This document shows positions 1 to 9,471 of a stretch of DNA of 64,000 nt, piece by piece; position 1 is the stretch's first letter, and each line of letters starts with the position of its first letter. The DNA is from an uncultured Candidatus Saccharibacteria bacterium. Lineage in GTDB: Bacteria; Patescibacteriota; Minisyncoccia; Phycocordibacterales; UBA918. The DNA is taken from positions 27,859 through 91,858 of the forward strand of contig CAYNQD010000002.1 of assembly GCA_964399295.1 (NCBI GenBank). The letters run 5' to 3'. Below the pieces are notes generated by a model. The model saw only the letters and a program-made list of their open reading frames with translations, did not search any database and was not told the DNA's origin. The position numbers were made by a program, and so were the translations under genes.

Positions 1-80
1 TTTTAGAGAAAAAAATAATAGTTATGCTTTAAAGTATAGAATATTTGAAAAAGAGATGCAGAGCTTTATCCCTAGAAAGT

Positions 81-122
81 AAAAAGGAGGGGCCGCGCCT
101 TCGGCGCGGCCCCTCCTTTTTA
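81..122. terminator. GC-rich perfect hairpin (stem aaaaaggaggggccgcgcc / ggcgcggcccctccttttt, loop ttcg) flanked by A-run and T-run; bidirectional intrinsic terminator just after the minus-strand recombinase stop
   Basis: Read directly from the sequence at 81-122. Confidence 0.7.
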
Positions 123-1037
123 CTTTCGTTTCGAATGAAACTTTTTATGCACCGCACGCAAATGAGCGTCAGTGACATGAGTATAAATTTGCGTGGTACC
201 AATATTGGCGTGTCCCAAGAGAGATTGCACGGAACGCAAGTCCGCGCCGTTACTTAAAAGATCAGTGGCAAAGCTGTGCCGAATGACGTGCGGAGTAACC
301 TTGCGCGTGATGCCGGCCTTGGCAGCATAATATTTAAAAAGTCTCTGCACCGTGCGCGGAGAAATTCTCGCCTCCTCACCCAGATGCGCTTTTTTTCCAT
401 AGCGAATGAAGAGAGCGCTTTCCATGTCCTTGCGCGCGTCTAAATAATTTTTTATAGCCGCGCGCGCTTCATCAGAAATAAACACCACTCGAATTTTGTC
501 GCCTTTTCCCCTAATAGAAAATTCATCACTCGACAAATCAATATCATCAATGTCCAGAGAACATAGTTCGGAAACGCGCAGTCCGGTTGAAAATAGCAAT
601 TCCAAAATCGCCAGGTCTCGCTTGCCTTTAAGGTTATTCGTTTCCGGAGCATCGAGTAACCTCGTCAATTCGGCCTGCGAAATCAAGTCCAATGACCGTT
701 CTGAGACTTTGGCTAACTCAATTCGCTCAGGAGACATTGATTCTACGTCGCGTTTACGCAAAAATTTGAGAAACGCCCGCAAAGCGACCAGGTAATAATT
801 CTGAGTGCGGCGTTTCATGGTTTCTGTTTTACTACCGATTTTGGCGCCGACTTGTCGATTTAGGTGCAGACGAAATTCCCTCACCAGTGTCTCGGTAATT
901 TGCCCTGGGTTCTCAAGGTGTCCAAAGTCAAAAAATCGGGAAAGGTAGCGGTCGTAGTTTTCCAAGGTCTTGGTGCTCCGCCCTTTCTCAATTTCTAGGT
1001 GCTCCAAAAATTGTCGTTTCAGTTCCTGTAAGTTCAT
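120..1037 (-). CDS. tyrosine site-specific recombinase, XerC/XerD family
   Basis: 305 aa. N-terminal core-binding region (LEHLEIEKGRSTKTLENY). C-terminal catalytic signature HVIRHSFATDLLSNGADLRSVQSLLGHANIGTTQIYTHV with the R..H..R..Y motif. Confidence 0.85.
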   Translation of the reverse strand: MNLQELKRQFLEHLEIEKGRSTKTLENYDRYLSRFFDFGHLENPGQITETLVREFRLHLNRQVGAKIGSKTETMKRRTQNYYLVALRAFLKFLRKRDVESMSPERIELAKVSERSLDLISQAELTRLLDAPETNNLKGKRDLAILELLFSTGLRVSELCSLDIDDIDLSSDEFSIRGKGDKIRVVFISDEARAAIKNYLDARKDMESALFIRYGKKAHLGEEARISPRTVQRLFKYYAAKAGITRKVTPHVIRHSFATDLLSNGADLRSVQSLLGHANIGTTQIYTHVTDAHLRAVHKKFHSKRK

Positions 1038-1214
1038 TACGGTAATTATACAACGCCAAGGACGACTTTTGACAAGCGGCGTAACTTACGGTGAAACTTG
1101 CATTTATCATTTTTTTATGCTATAATCAAAAGAACCTTCGCGGTTATAACCGTGTACTGCTTATAGGCACATTTGTGCGTATCTAATATAAGTAATGCAC
1201 TTCACGCATAAAAT

Positions 1215-1481
1215 ATGTTAACAAAAAGAGTAAAAGAAAATGTTTTAAAAAACAACCGTCGACACGACGCTGATACCGGTTCGCCGGAAGCTCAGGTGTC
1301 GTTACTTACCAGACAGATTGAAGAACTTTCCAATCACTTACGAAAACACAAAAAAGATTTTCATTCTCGCCGCGGCCTTTTGCAAATGGTAGCGGACAGA
1401 CGAAAGCACCTCAAGTATCTTGAGCGTAAAAATGAAAAGTCGTATCAGGCTTTGATTAAAAATCTCGGACTGAAGCGTTAA
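1215..1481 (+). CDS. rpsO: 30S ribosomal protein S15
   Basis: 88 aa with [13 protein letters not shown]...[18 protein letters not shown], characteristic of S15. Located upstream of pnp as in the conserved rpsO-pnp arrangement. Confidence 0.9.
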   Translation: MLTKRVKENVLKNNRRHDADTGSPEAQVSLLTRQIEELSNHLRKHKKDFHSRRGLLQMVADRRKHLKYLERKNEKSYQALIKNLGLKR

Positions 1482-1483
1482 AA

Positions 1484-1520
1484 TAAAAAAAGCTCCACCC
1501 TCTGGAGCTTTTTTATTTTT
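1484..1520 (+). terminator. intrinsic terminator after rpsO (agctcca-ccctc-tggagct followed by ttttttatttt)
   Basis: Hairpin plus T-run immediately after the rpsO stop. Confidence 0.7.
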
Positions 1521-1582
1521 CAAGCTATAGTGTGAAAGGAAGACTTTTCAAAAAATTTTTAATAAATAATCCTTTAAATAAA

Positions 1583-2164
1583 ATGAGAATAATCAGACAT
1601 CCCGATCAGCGGGTCGCGGTTTTAATAGACACGCAGAATCTTTACCACAGCGCGAAGAATTTATACAAGTCAAAAGTCAATTTTGGAGCAGTGGTCAAAG
1701 CCGCGCTCGGCGATCGCAAATTGATCAGAGCTTTGTCTTACGTGGTAAACACAGAAGGCGGAGAAGAGAGTGCTTTTTTTGAAGCGCTCGAAAAAGTTGG
1801 TATTGAAATAAAAACCAAAGACTTACAAATTTTTTATGGTGGAGCCAAAAAGGCGGACTGGGATGTTGGCCTAGCCGTTGACGCCATCAAGTTGGCCAGC
1901 AAAGTTGATGCGATTGTTTTGGCTACCGGCGACGGAGATTTTATACCCTTAGTCGAATACGTAAAAAGTCTGGGTTGCCAAGTGGAGGTTATCACCTTTG
2001 GAAGATCTGCTTCATCGCGCTTGCGGGAAGTAGTGGATGATTTTATCGACATGGACGAATCTCCGCACGAATTTTTAATTGGCTACAAACCTGCAAAAAG
2101 AAAATACAGTGCCACGCGCAAAAAAATTAAAAAAGTAGTCGGTACTGATACCGATAATCTTTAA
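1583..2164 (+). CDS. NYN-domain (LabA-like) protein
   Basis: RVAVLIDTQNLYHSAKN...ATGDGDFIPLVEYVKSLGCQVEVITFG is typical of the NYN/LabA PIN-like fold. The first ATG at 1583 (MRIIRH) is preferred over the GTG at 1532. Confidence 0.7.
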   Translation: MRIIRHPDQRVAVLIDTQNLYHSAKNLYKSKVNFGAVVKAALGDRKLIRALSYVVNTEGGEESAFFEALEKVGIEIKTKDLQIFYGGAKKADWDVGLAVDAIKLASKVDAIVLATGDGDFIPLVEYVKSLGCQVEVITFGRSASSRLREVVDDFIDMDESPHEFLIGYKPAKRKYSATRKKIKKVVGTDTDNL

Positions 2165-2172
2165 GCAATAAC

Positions 2173-4290
2173 ATGCAAAGAAAAATATTTACCACTGAAC
2201 TGGGCGGAAAAACTTTAACGGCTGAATTTAATGATTTGACCACTCACGCCAACGGCTCCGTGATGATTAGTTATGGAGAAACCGTAATTCTAGTGACGGC
2301 CGTTATGGGAAAAAACAACAATCAAAATTTGCCATACTTTCCTTTGTCGGTTGAGTTTGAAGAAAAATTTTACGCGGCCGGACAGATCCTCGGCAGTCGT
2401 TTTATTCGGCGCGAAAGTCGTCCGAGTGATGAAGCGATTCTTTCCGCACGCATTGTTGACCGTACCATTCGTCCACTCTTTCCTTCACACCTGCGCGTTG
2501 ATGTGCAGATTGTCGTGACCGTATTGGCAATCGGGGAAGATGATCCTGACATACTGGGAGTACTTGGAGCCTCGCTCGCGCTTGGTGTCTCAGACATTCC
2601 TTGGCATGGGCCGGTGGCGGCCGTGCGCTTAGCCAGACAAAAAAACACCGGAGCGATTGTCATAAATCCCACTTACCAAGAAAGAAGTAGCGGCGACTTG
2701 GAGCTTGAAGTTTTGGCTTGTGGAAAAGAAGGGAAGATAAACATGATCGAAACCGCCGCCTTTGAAGTGAGCGAAGCGGACATAGTGAGCGCACTTGAAA
2801 GAACAACTCTTATTCATAAAGAGCTGGAAAATTTTCAACTAGACATCATCAGTCAACTGGGAAAGACCAAACGCCAAATCAAAAAAACAGAAACTCCCAG
2901 CGCGCTGATAAATCTTTTCCAAACATCCTTCGCCCAAAACTTACACGATACTATTTTCAGCAGTCGTGCCGGCAAAGATCATATATATGAATTGAAAGAA
3001 AATTTTCTGGCCGCGGTGGCTGAGATGGAAGAAGCGGTGGAAGTCAAAATCGCCGATCACTTTTTTGAAGAGATGATTGACTTGACGCTGCATAAAGGAG
3101 CGGTGGAAGGCGGGAAACGAGCAGACGGCAGGAACATGGACGAAGTGCGAGCACTCTACGCGCAAGCCGGCGGAGTCTCACCGGTACTTCATGGTTCCGG
3201 AATATTTTATCGTGGCGGCACGCGCATCTTTTCTGCTCTGACCCTGGGCGGTCCGGAAGCGGCGCAGATGATAGATACCATGGAAGATAGAGCTATCAAA
3301 AAACACTTCATGCACCACTACAACTTTCCTCCTTTTTCTGTCGGCGAGACAGGACGAGTCGGCGGTTTCAACAGACGCATGATCGGGCACGGCGCTCTGG
3401 CCGAAAAAGCTCTGTTGCCCGTCATACCCCTGAAAGAAAATTTTCCTTACACCATTCGCTTAGTATCAGAAACAATGTCCAGCAATGGCTCCAGCTCTAT
3501 GGGTTCGGTCTGCGCTTCTACCTTAGCCCTGATGGACGGAGGAGTACCGATTACTAGACCAGTGGCCGGCATCGCTTCGGGAGTAATGCTACACGAAGGG
3601 AAGTACGCGCTTTTGACCGACATTCAAGGGCCAGAAGATGAATTTGGCGATATGGATTTAAAAGTGGCTGGTACTGAAGCTGGAGTGACGGCTATGCAGA
3701 TGGATGTAAAGGTTGACGGAATCGCAATTTCTATATTGGGTGAGGCTTTGGAAAAAGCTCGCGCGGCGCGCATACATATATTGGATACAATGACAAAAGC
3801 CATCGCTACCCCGCGAGCCAATATTTCACCACGAGCACCGGAAATAATTTCCCTAAAAATCCTACCGGAACAAATCGGCCTAGTGATTGGCAGCGGTGGC
3901 AAGACCATCAACGGCATAAAAGCAGAAACCGGAGTGGAAGAAATTACCCTTGAAGAAGATGGTACGGTTTTTATTTCCGGTAAAAACGGTACTGCTGTCA
4001 AAGCTAGAGAAAAAATCCTCGCTCTCACCAAACGCTATGAAATCGGCGAGCGACTGAACGCTGCCATTACCAAAATCGCTACTTTTGGCGCCTTTGCCAG
4101 AATTGACGATCACAATGAAGGTTTGATTCATATTTCAGAAATTGCCTCTTTTCGAGTGGAGAATATTGATGACATCCTAAAAGTTGGTGATATTGTTCCT
4201 GTGATTGTTAGTAAAATTGAAGATGGTAAGATTGGATTATCAATCAAACAAGCCGACGCTGATTTTGCCACCAGAAGAAAGGATTCATAA
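2173..4290 (+). CDS. pnp: polyribonucleotide nucleotidyltransferase (PNPase)
   Basis: 705 aa. Two RNase PH-like domains followed by KH (IGLVIGSGGKTINGI) and S1 (GERLNAAITKIATFGAFARI) domains. Follows rpsO. Confidence 0.92.
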   Translation: MQRKIFTTELGGKTLTAEFNDLTTHANGSVMISYGETVILVTAVMGKNNNQNLPYFPLSVEFEEKFYAAGQILGSRFIRRESRPSDEAILSARIVDRTIRPLFPSHLRVDVQIVVTVLAIGEDDPDILGVLGASLALGVSDIPWHGPVAAVRLARQKNTGAIVINPTYQERSSGDLELEVLACGKEGKINMIETAAFEVSEADIVSALERTTLIHKELENFQLDIISQLGKTKRQIKKTETPSALINLFQTSFAQNLHDTIFSSRAGKDHIYELKENFLAAVAEMEEAVEVKIADHFFEEMIDLTLHKGAVEGGKRADGRNMDEVRALYAQAGGVSPVLHGSGIFYRGGTRIFSALTLGGPEAAQMIDTMEDRAIKKHFMHHYNFPPFSVGETGRVGGFNRRMIGHGALAEKALLPVIPLKENFPYTIRLVSETMSSNGSSSMGSVCASTLALMDGGVPITRPVAGIASGVMLHEGKYALLTDIQGPEDEFGDMDLKVAGTEAGVTAMQMDVKVDGIAISILGEALEKARAARIHILDTMTKAIATPRANISPRAPEIISLKILPEQIGLVIGSGGKTINGIKAETGVEEITLEEDGTVFISGKNGTAVKAREKILALTKRYEIGERLNAAITKIATFGAFARIDDHNEGLIHISEIASFRVENIDDILKVGDIVPVIVSKIEDGKIGLSIKQADADFATRRKDS

Positions 4291-4352
4291 AAAGAGCAGA
4301 AAAACACAGGTGTCTGGTCACAAACCACGCAATTCATGAGATACTAGTAGCA

Positions 4353-6149
4353 ATGAATAACCAAAAACCGCAAATAAAGAAATTATCCGGTCTCAGGACT
4401 TTTTCCTCCGACCAGACCAGAGAAAACAACCCAACCTCAGACGAAGATTCTCTGCAATCATCAATCAATAACGATTCAGAAATTCAGGGGGCCTTAGCGG
4501 TAAAAAAAGCGCCTGAGCCTGTGCCTCACTACAAAGCGCCGAAGAAAAATGTCATTAAAGAAAATATTGTAGTGGCGGAAAAATCAAAACCATTGCCGCC
4601 TCCGCCCGCGATGAACTCAAGCCGAGTTGATATTGCCAGTGAAAATGAAGATGCCGCTTCAGCTACCATCATTACCGATACTAAAAAAGACCGCTTTAGA
4701 CTTTTTCCGGCAATTGCTGATTCCATTAAAAAATGGATTGCTGACTACAAGAAAGCTCAGCAAATCAAAAAAATGCCTAAGTACACTGTCCCTGAAACCA
4801 CCAGAAGAAAAGGAGTAATTCAAAAGGCAACTTCCCAAACCGGCAAAACCACTACCGCCGATCACGAAACCATTCAAGACCGCATTCGGGAACGCCAAGA
4901 GCGAGCGGAGGAGAGTGAAAAAAATAAGAAAACCACCACCTGGACACCAAACACCGAGCCAGGATTCCCCTTGCTAGAAGATTCCAACGAACCTGATATC
5001 AGCATCAAGCCTCACACCGGTTTTGTTTCCAGTCAAAAGGAGATTGTCATTGATGATCTAAAATCCATAAAAACCGCTTCTATTGAAAAGACGGTTGTGC
5101 CGGTACCGGCGGTTGATTTGGAAGTGCGAACTAAAGGCCCGGTTTGGGAGACAGCTCTTGAGGATGTTCACTCTGTCAAAACAGTAAAAAACACCCCTTC
5201 AATACCGGACACCAAAAAGCCAGAAGACACAGCCAATAAAGTCGCGCCAAAACCAGAGGCCAAACAAGAAATAAAAACTGTAGCTACAGCCAAAACCGAA
5301 GCATCCACACCAAAGCCCGAGCCAATTCCCGCCCCACCCAAGATTGTGGCCATGATCCAGAGTCCAAAAGTTCCGCAGGTTGAGGTGGTGGCGGAACCTC
5401 CTGTTAATAATACTCCGTCGTCGAACATAGGCATTCAGATCAAGGAAATCCAGCAACAGAATAAACCGCCGTCCAAAAACTTATTATTTTCATCCAACAC
5501 CAATACTCTGGCTTTTGGTATTGCCAGTATCATTTTAATCTTGGGAATAGGCGCGTTCTTGGGCAATTTATGGCTCAAAAATTCACTAGAAACAAATATC
5601 ATTTCCGATGACAACACTCAAATCATAAATACTAAAGTTGATCTGGTCTTCCAGCCAGTAACCAGTCGCGCGGATTTTGTCGCCAAAATCCTCTCCGAAT
5701 ACAAAAGCAACCAAGGTCACGTAAAACAATTTGCTTTTACCACTACTGATGAAAATAAAAACCTCATTAAGCCCAGCTCTCTGCTCTTGTATCTAAACAT
5801 AAATCTTAACGTCAATTTTAGCCAATCCATTACTCATCTTTATTTTGGATCAATTAGAAATACCGAACCTTTTATTGCCATAAAAACCACTGATAGTGTT
5901 GCCAGTATTGGTGGAATGTTGCTGTGGGAAGAGACTATGCGCGATGACCTGGCTGAGATTTTTGAATTGTCCAACTCAGAAAATTCTGATTACAGATTTA
6001 GAGATGGCACTCTTAGTGGCATTGATGTTCGCGTACTAAAGAATAACAACGGTGAAGAAGAAATTATTTACGGTTTTACCGACAGCAACACCGTAATAAT
6101 CACTACCGATAGCAGCGCTCTGGGGGATTTAATTACTCTAACTAAATAA
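4353..6149 (+). CDS. hypothetical membrane-anchored protein. Low-complexity Pro/Lys/Thr-rich N-terminal half, single TM (FGIASIILILGIGAFLGNLWL), C-terminal domain of unknown function
   Basis: 598-aa ORF. Composition and the hydrophobic segment were read directly. No recognisable catalytic motif. Confidence 0.5.
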   Translation: MNNQKPQIKKLSGLRTFSSDQTRENNPTSDEDSLQSSINNDSEIQGALAVKKAPEPVPHYKAPKKNVIKENIVVAEKSKPLPPPPAMNSSRVDIASENEDAASATIITDTKKDRFRLFPAIADSIKKWIADYKKAQQIKKMPKYTVPETTRRKGVIQKATSQTGKTTTADHETIQDRIRERQERAEESEKNKKTTTWTPNTEPGFPLLEDSNEPDISIKPHTGFVSSQKEIVIDDLKSIKTASIEKTVVPVPAVDLEVRTKGPVWETALEDVHSVKTVKNTPSIPDTKKPEDTANKVAPKPEAKQEIKTVATAKTEASTPKPEPIPAPPKIVAMIQSPKVPQVEVVAEPPVNNTPSSNIGIQIKEIQQQNKPPSKNLLFSSNTNTLAFGIASIILILGIGAFLGNLWLKNSLETNIISDDNTQIINTKVDLVFQPVTSRADFVAKILSEYKSNQGHVKQFAFTTTDENKNLIKPSSLLLYLNINLNVNFSQSITHLYFGSIRNTEPFIAIKTTDSVASIGGMLLWEETMRDDLAEIFELSNSENSDYRFRDGTLSGIDVRVLKNNNGEEEIIYGFTDSNTVIITTDSSALGDLITLTK

Positions 6150-6153
6150 AATT

Positions 6154-6525
6154 ATGATCGACACCAACTACTACAAAAATGAACTGGAAACCAAACTCAT
6201 TAGAATTACTGACGAACTAAAAAGTATCGGTACTCACAATCCTCAGACTGACGACTGGACGGAAACTCCAAGCGAAGGTAGCGGTGAAGCAGACATTAAC
6301 GTGGAAGCTGATTTGAGTGAGGAATTGGAAGAAAGACGATCAACTCTAGCTCAATTGGAAATTGAGTATAGAAATATTAAAAGAGCTTTGGATAAAATTG
6401 CCCAAGGCACGTATGGACTATGTGAAATCTCCGGACTGGAAATTGAAGAGGCGCGGTTGAAGTTTAATCCGGCGGCTCGTACTTGCATGGCACACATGAA
6501 TGAAGAAGCTGAACTGACACTTTAA
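6154..6525 (+). CDS. DksA/TraR-family protein (coiled coil plus degenerate C-terminal zinc-finger region)
   Basis: 123 aa. Acidic coiled-coil region then GTYGLCEISGLEIEEARLKFNPAARTCMAH, resembling the DksA/TraR C-terminus with only 2 Cys retained. Confidence 0.5.
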   Translation: MIDTNYYKNELETKLIRITDELKSIGTHNPQTDDWTETPSEGSGEADINVEADLSEELEERRSTLAQLEIEYRNIKRALDKIAQGTYGLCEISGLEIEEARLKFNPAARTCMAHMNEEAELTL

Positions 6526-6533
6526 TATAAAAT

Positions 6534-8048
6534 ATGAGTGTTGCGTTAGTTTATACTGTTCAACCACACGTTCTTTCCGGTACCATTGTGCGCATTGAAG
6601 CAGACCTCACTCGCGGTCTGCATTCGTTTTCTATTGTTGGTTTGGCTGGAAAAGCTATCGAAGAATCAAAGGACCGCGTTAGTAGTGCCATCAAGCATTC
6701 CGGCTACGATTCACCAAAAAGTAAGAACCAAAAAATTATCATTTCGCTTTCACCGGCCGATTTAAAGAAAGAAGGGCCGCTGTTTGATCTGCCAATCGCT
6801 ATCGCTTATCTTGCCGCTGCCGGTGAAATTGAAAATGATCCGGATACTTTATACGTGGGCGAGCTGGGACTGGATGGAAACTTGCAACCAATTCGCGGCG
6901 TGCTCAATATAACCATGGCTGCCAAAAATAACGGCTACAAGAAAATTGTCGTCCCTTGGAACAACGCGGCTGAAGCAGCTTTGATTGCCGGCATTGATAT
7001 TTATCCAGCCAAGACCTTGAGCGAAGTGGTAAGACATTGTCACAAAGACCACCCCGAACACAAAATTATTCCTCCTCAGCCGATAACAAGGATTGACAAT
7101 AGTCACTGGAAGCAGGGCAAAGTGACTTTAGAGGATATCAAAGGACAGGAGAGTGCTAAGCGTGCGCTCATCATCGCCGCTTCCGGCAGACACAATGTGA
7201 TTTTGGTTGGCCCGCCTGGAACCGGAAAAACCATGCTCGCGCGTGCTTTTCAAGGTTTGTTGCCACCTTTGTCGCGAGAAGAAATTCTGGCTGTTACCGC
7301 TATTCATTCTCTAAGCGGCAGTGAAAAAGAAATTGTAGCCGCTCCGCCCTTTCGTGCGCCGCATCACACTGCTTCTCATACGGCTTTGGTTGGTGGTGGC
7401 ACCAATCCAAAACCCGGGGAAGTGACCTTGGCGCACAAGGGGGTACTTTTTATGGATGAGTTTCCTGAGTTTGAAAGACGCAGCTTGGACGCACTACGCC
7501 AACCACTGGAAGACCGTGTGGTTAGCATTTCCAGAATTCAAGGCAATGCTGTTTTTCCGGCTGATTTCATTTTGGTCGCAGCGATGAATCCTTATCGTGG
7601 CAGTGAAGACGGAACAACTGATCTGGCTAAAGCCATGCAGGAAACTTACAAAGGCAAAATCTCAGGACCAATTCTGGATCGTATTGATTTGTGGATTGAG
7701 GTACCGCATGTTGATTACGATACCTTAACCAACCTAAAGCGTACTCAAGGTGAAACCAAAGAAGCTCAAAACCAGATTCTGGCGGCGCGGCTTCATCAAG
7801 CCAACCGGCTTCAAGACCGCGGCATCACCACCAACGCCGAGATGACCAGTCGTGATATTGATTTTTGTATTACTTTAAATACTGACGTAGCTGATTTATT
7901 AAAACTTTCCTCAGAAAAACTCAATCTCTCCCCCCGAGGCTATCATCGCTTACTTAAGGTAGCCCGCACCATTGCTGACCTCGACAACCAAGAAGAGATT
8001 GAAACCAAACATGTATTTGAAGCTTTGCAGTATCGAGTGCCGGTGTAG
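6534..8048 (+). CDS. YifB/ComM-family Mg-chelatase-like AAA+ ATPase
   Basis: 504 aa. N-terminal Lon-protease-like domain (SFSIVGLAGKAIEESKDRV), Walker A VILVGPPGTGKTM, Walker B VLFMDEFPEF, C-terminal ChlI-like region. Confidence 0.88.
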   Translation: MSVALVYTVQPHVLSGTIVRIEADLTRGLHSFSIVGLAGKAIEESKDRVSSAIKHSGYDSPKSKNQKIIISLSPADLKKEGPLFDLPIAIAYLAAAGEIENDPDTLYVGELGLDGNLQPIRGVLNITMAAKNNGYKKIVVPWNNAAEAALIAGIDIYPAKTLSEVVRHCHKDHPEHKIIPPQPITRIDNSHWKQGKVTLEDIKGQESAKRALIIAASGRHNVILVGPPGTGKTMLARAFQGLLPPLSREEILAVTAIHSLSGSEKEIVAAPPFRAPHHTASHTALVGGGTNPKPGEVTLAHKGVLFMDEFPEFERRSLDALRQPLEDRVVSISRIQGNAVFPADFILVAAMNPYRGSEDGTTDLAKAMQETYKGKISGPILDRIDLWIEVPHVDYDTLTNLKRTQGETKEAQNQILAARLHQANRLQDRGITTNAEMTSRDIDFCITLNTDVADLLKLSSEKLNLSPRGYHRLLKVARTIADLDNQEEIETKHVFEALQYRVPV

Positions 8049-8050
8049 TA

Positions 8051-9037
8051 CTAAAAAGGATTTTTAGCGCCACGAACCTCGAAGTGAAGGTGCGGGCCGG
8101 TGGAGCGGCCGGTGTTTCCCATGGCGCCAATCACCTGACCTTGACCGACGTATTCACCCACTCCCACGCTATTGCTGGAGAGGTGAGCGTACAGAGTTTG
8201 TGCGCCGTTGTTGTGTTTTATAACAATATATTGCCCATAACCGCCATTCCAACCGGAACTCTTAGAAACAATAACTTCACCGGCACCAGCCGCCCTAACA
8301 GAAGAACCATGCGAACCAGCCAAATCAACCGCGTTATAACCATGCAAGCCTTGAGATTTTATAGCACCAGGAGCGGGATGTGTCCAAGCGCCGCCACCAG
8401 CTGAGGTGGAACCTGAGGTCTTGGTGGGAGAGGCCGCGGCTACCGCCGGCGCTGAGTGAATAGCTCCCCCCGGAATAACAACCATTGAGCCTACTTCCAA
8501 ATCATCAGCCGTCGCCAACTGGTTGTAGGCAAGGATTTCTTCAATATCACCTTCATATTTCTTAGCAATTGAACCTACAGTATCACCTTTTTTAACCACA
8601 TGCCGAACTCCCGCGATTGGCAAAATGACCAATGTCTGTCCGGCCCTGATACTGGTGGCTTTAGTGATGTCATTAGCCCACAAAATGGTATTGGCCGTCA
8701 CTCCGTACATGTCGGCAATATGAGACAGTGTGTCTCCTTCCCGAACGGTATAAATACTAATCTCGCCGGATGAGGTGCGATTGGAAGCAATGACATCTTC
8801 ACCCACCGGCCCCGAAGATACCAAAGCGCCGTCATAAGCAAAGACGCTAGCCCCACCCTGATGACCACTAACCAACAGGTCTGGGTTATTGGCAGCTGAT
8901 AGTAAGGAAACATCCGTCGGTAGGGCACTCACCAACGCTTCTGAAGATGGCGAAAATCCATTAGCGGTGGTTGTTGAACTTTCAAAAATACCCGCCTTAA
9001 CCGACAAGGGAATGACGATAACCAAAAAAACAAACAC
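8051..9037 (-). CDS. secreted LysM-domain M23-family metallopeptidase
   Basis: Signal peptide (MFVFLVIVIPLSVKAG). Two LysM repeats (YTVREGDTLSHIADMYGV; HVVKKGDTVGSIAKKYEG). C-terminal M23 signature HLHFEV plus GNTGRSTGPHLH. Confidence 0.85.
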   Translation of the reverse strand: MFVFLVIVIPLSVKAGIFESSTTTANGFSPSSEALVSALPTDVSLLSAANNPDLLVSGHQGGASVFAYDGALVSSGPVGEDVIASNRTSSGEISIYTVREGDTLSHIADMYGVTANTILWANDITKATSIRAGQTLVILPIAGVRHVVKKGDTVGSIAKKYEGDIEEILAYNQLATADDLEVGSMVVIPGGAIHSAPAVAAASPTKTSGSTSAGGGAWTHPAPGAIKSQGLHGYNAVDLAGSHGSSVRAAGAGEVIVSKSSGWNGGYGQYIVIKHNNGAQTLYAHLSSNSVGVGEYVGQGQVIGAMGNTGRSTGPHLHFEVRGAKNPF

Positions 9038-9199
9038 GTACTCAGCCAGTACTCGGTAATTTGAGTTATTGCTTACTTTATATGTCTTCTGATCCTTTTC
9101 AGTATTTATTTTTTCGGAATCAGATTCTTTTATTTTAGGTTTAATACAAAATCTATTAAGGACTCACCGCCACGCTGACACTACAGTATAAGGGAAACA

Positions 9200-9228
9200 A
9201 AAAGAGCTGAAGGCTCTTTTAAAAAACT
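9200..9228. terminator. hairpin aaagagc-tgaag-gctcttt flanked by A-run and T-run, in the middle of a divergent intergenic region
   Basis: Read from the sequence. Both flanking genes start (diverge) here, so the terminator implies an extra small transcript. Confidence 0.4.
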
Positions 9229-9471
9229 TAACCCGACTAATTCAAGGTACGTCTCTAATTTTACTAAACGCAATCATAATGGCAATTGACGAATTCACAT
9301 TTTTCTTAGAATTTTTTTTGGCCGGATTATGACCATGTTTTAAGCCAGATATTTAGCATTGACATATTATCCAAAAATCATCGTAATAAAAAGCGGTTAA
9401 AAAATATCCTACCAACGCGACTTTCAGGACTTCACCGACTGTCGTGTTATAGTAATGTTCTAAATATTTTT

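Noticed and set aside
452-795. Track ORFs 452..652(-) and 496..795(+) inside the recombinase gene
   Set aside because: Both are fully overlapped by the well-supported 305-aa XerC/D-family ORF and have low-complexity or antisense composition.
120-1037. Recombinase as a marker of a prophage or integrative element
   Set aside because: No phage structural, terminase, relaxase or att-like repeats in the 10 kb around it. Xer-family chromosome-dimer resolvases are core genes.
1532-1582. GTG start at 1532 for the NYN-domain gene
   Set aside because: The NYN domain begins about 9 residues after the ATG at 1583, as in homologues. The extra 17 N-terminal residues are basic and low-complexity, and the upstream terminator leaves little room for a promoter plus RBS.
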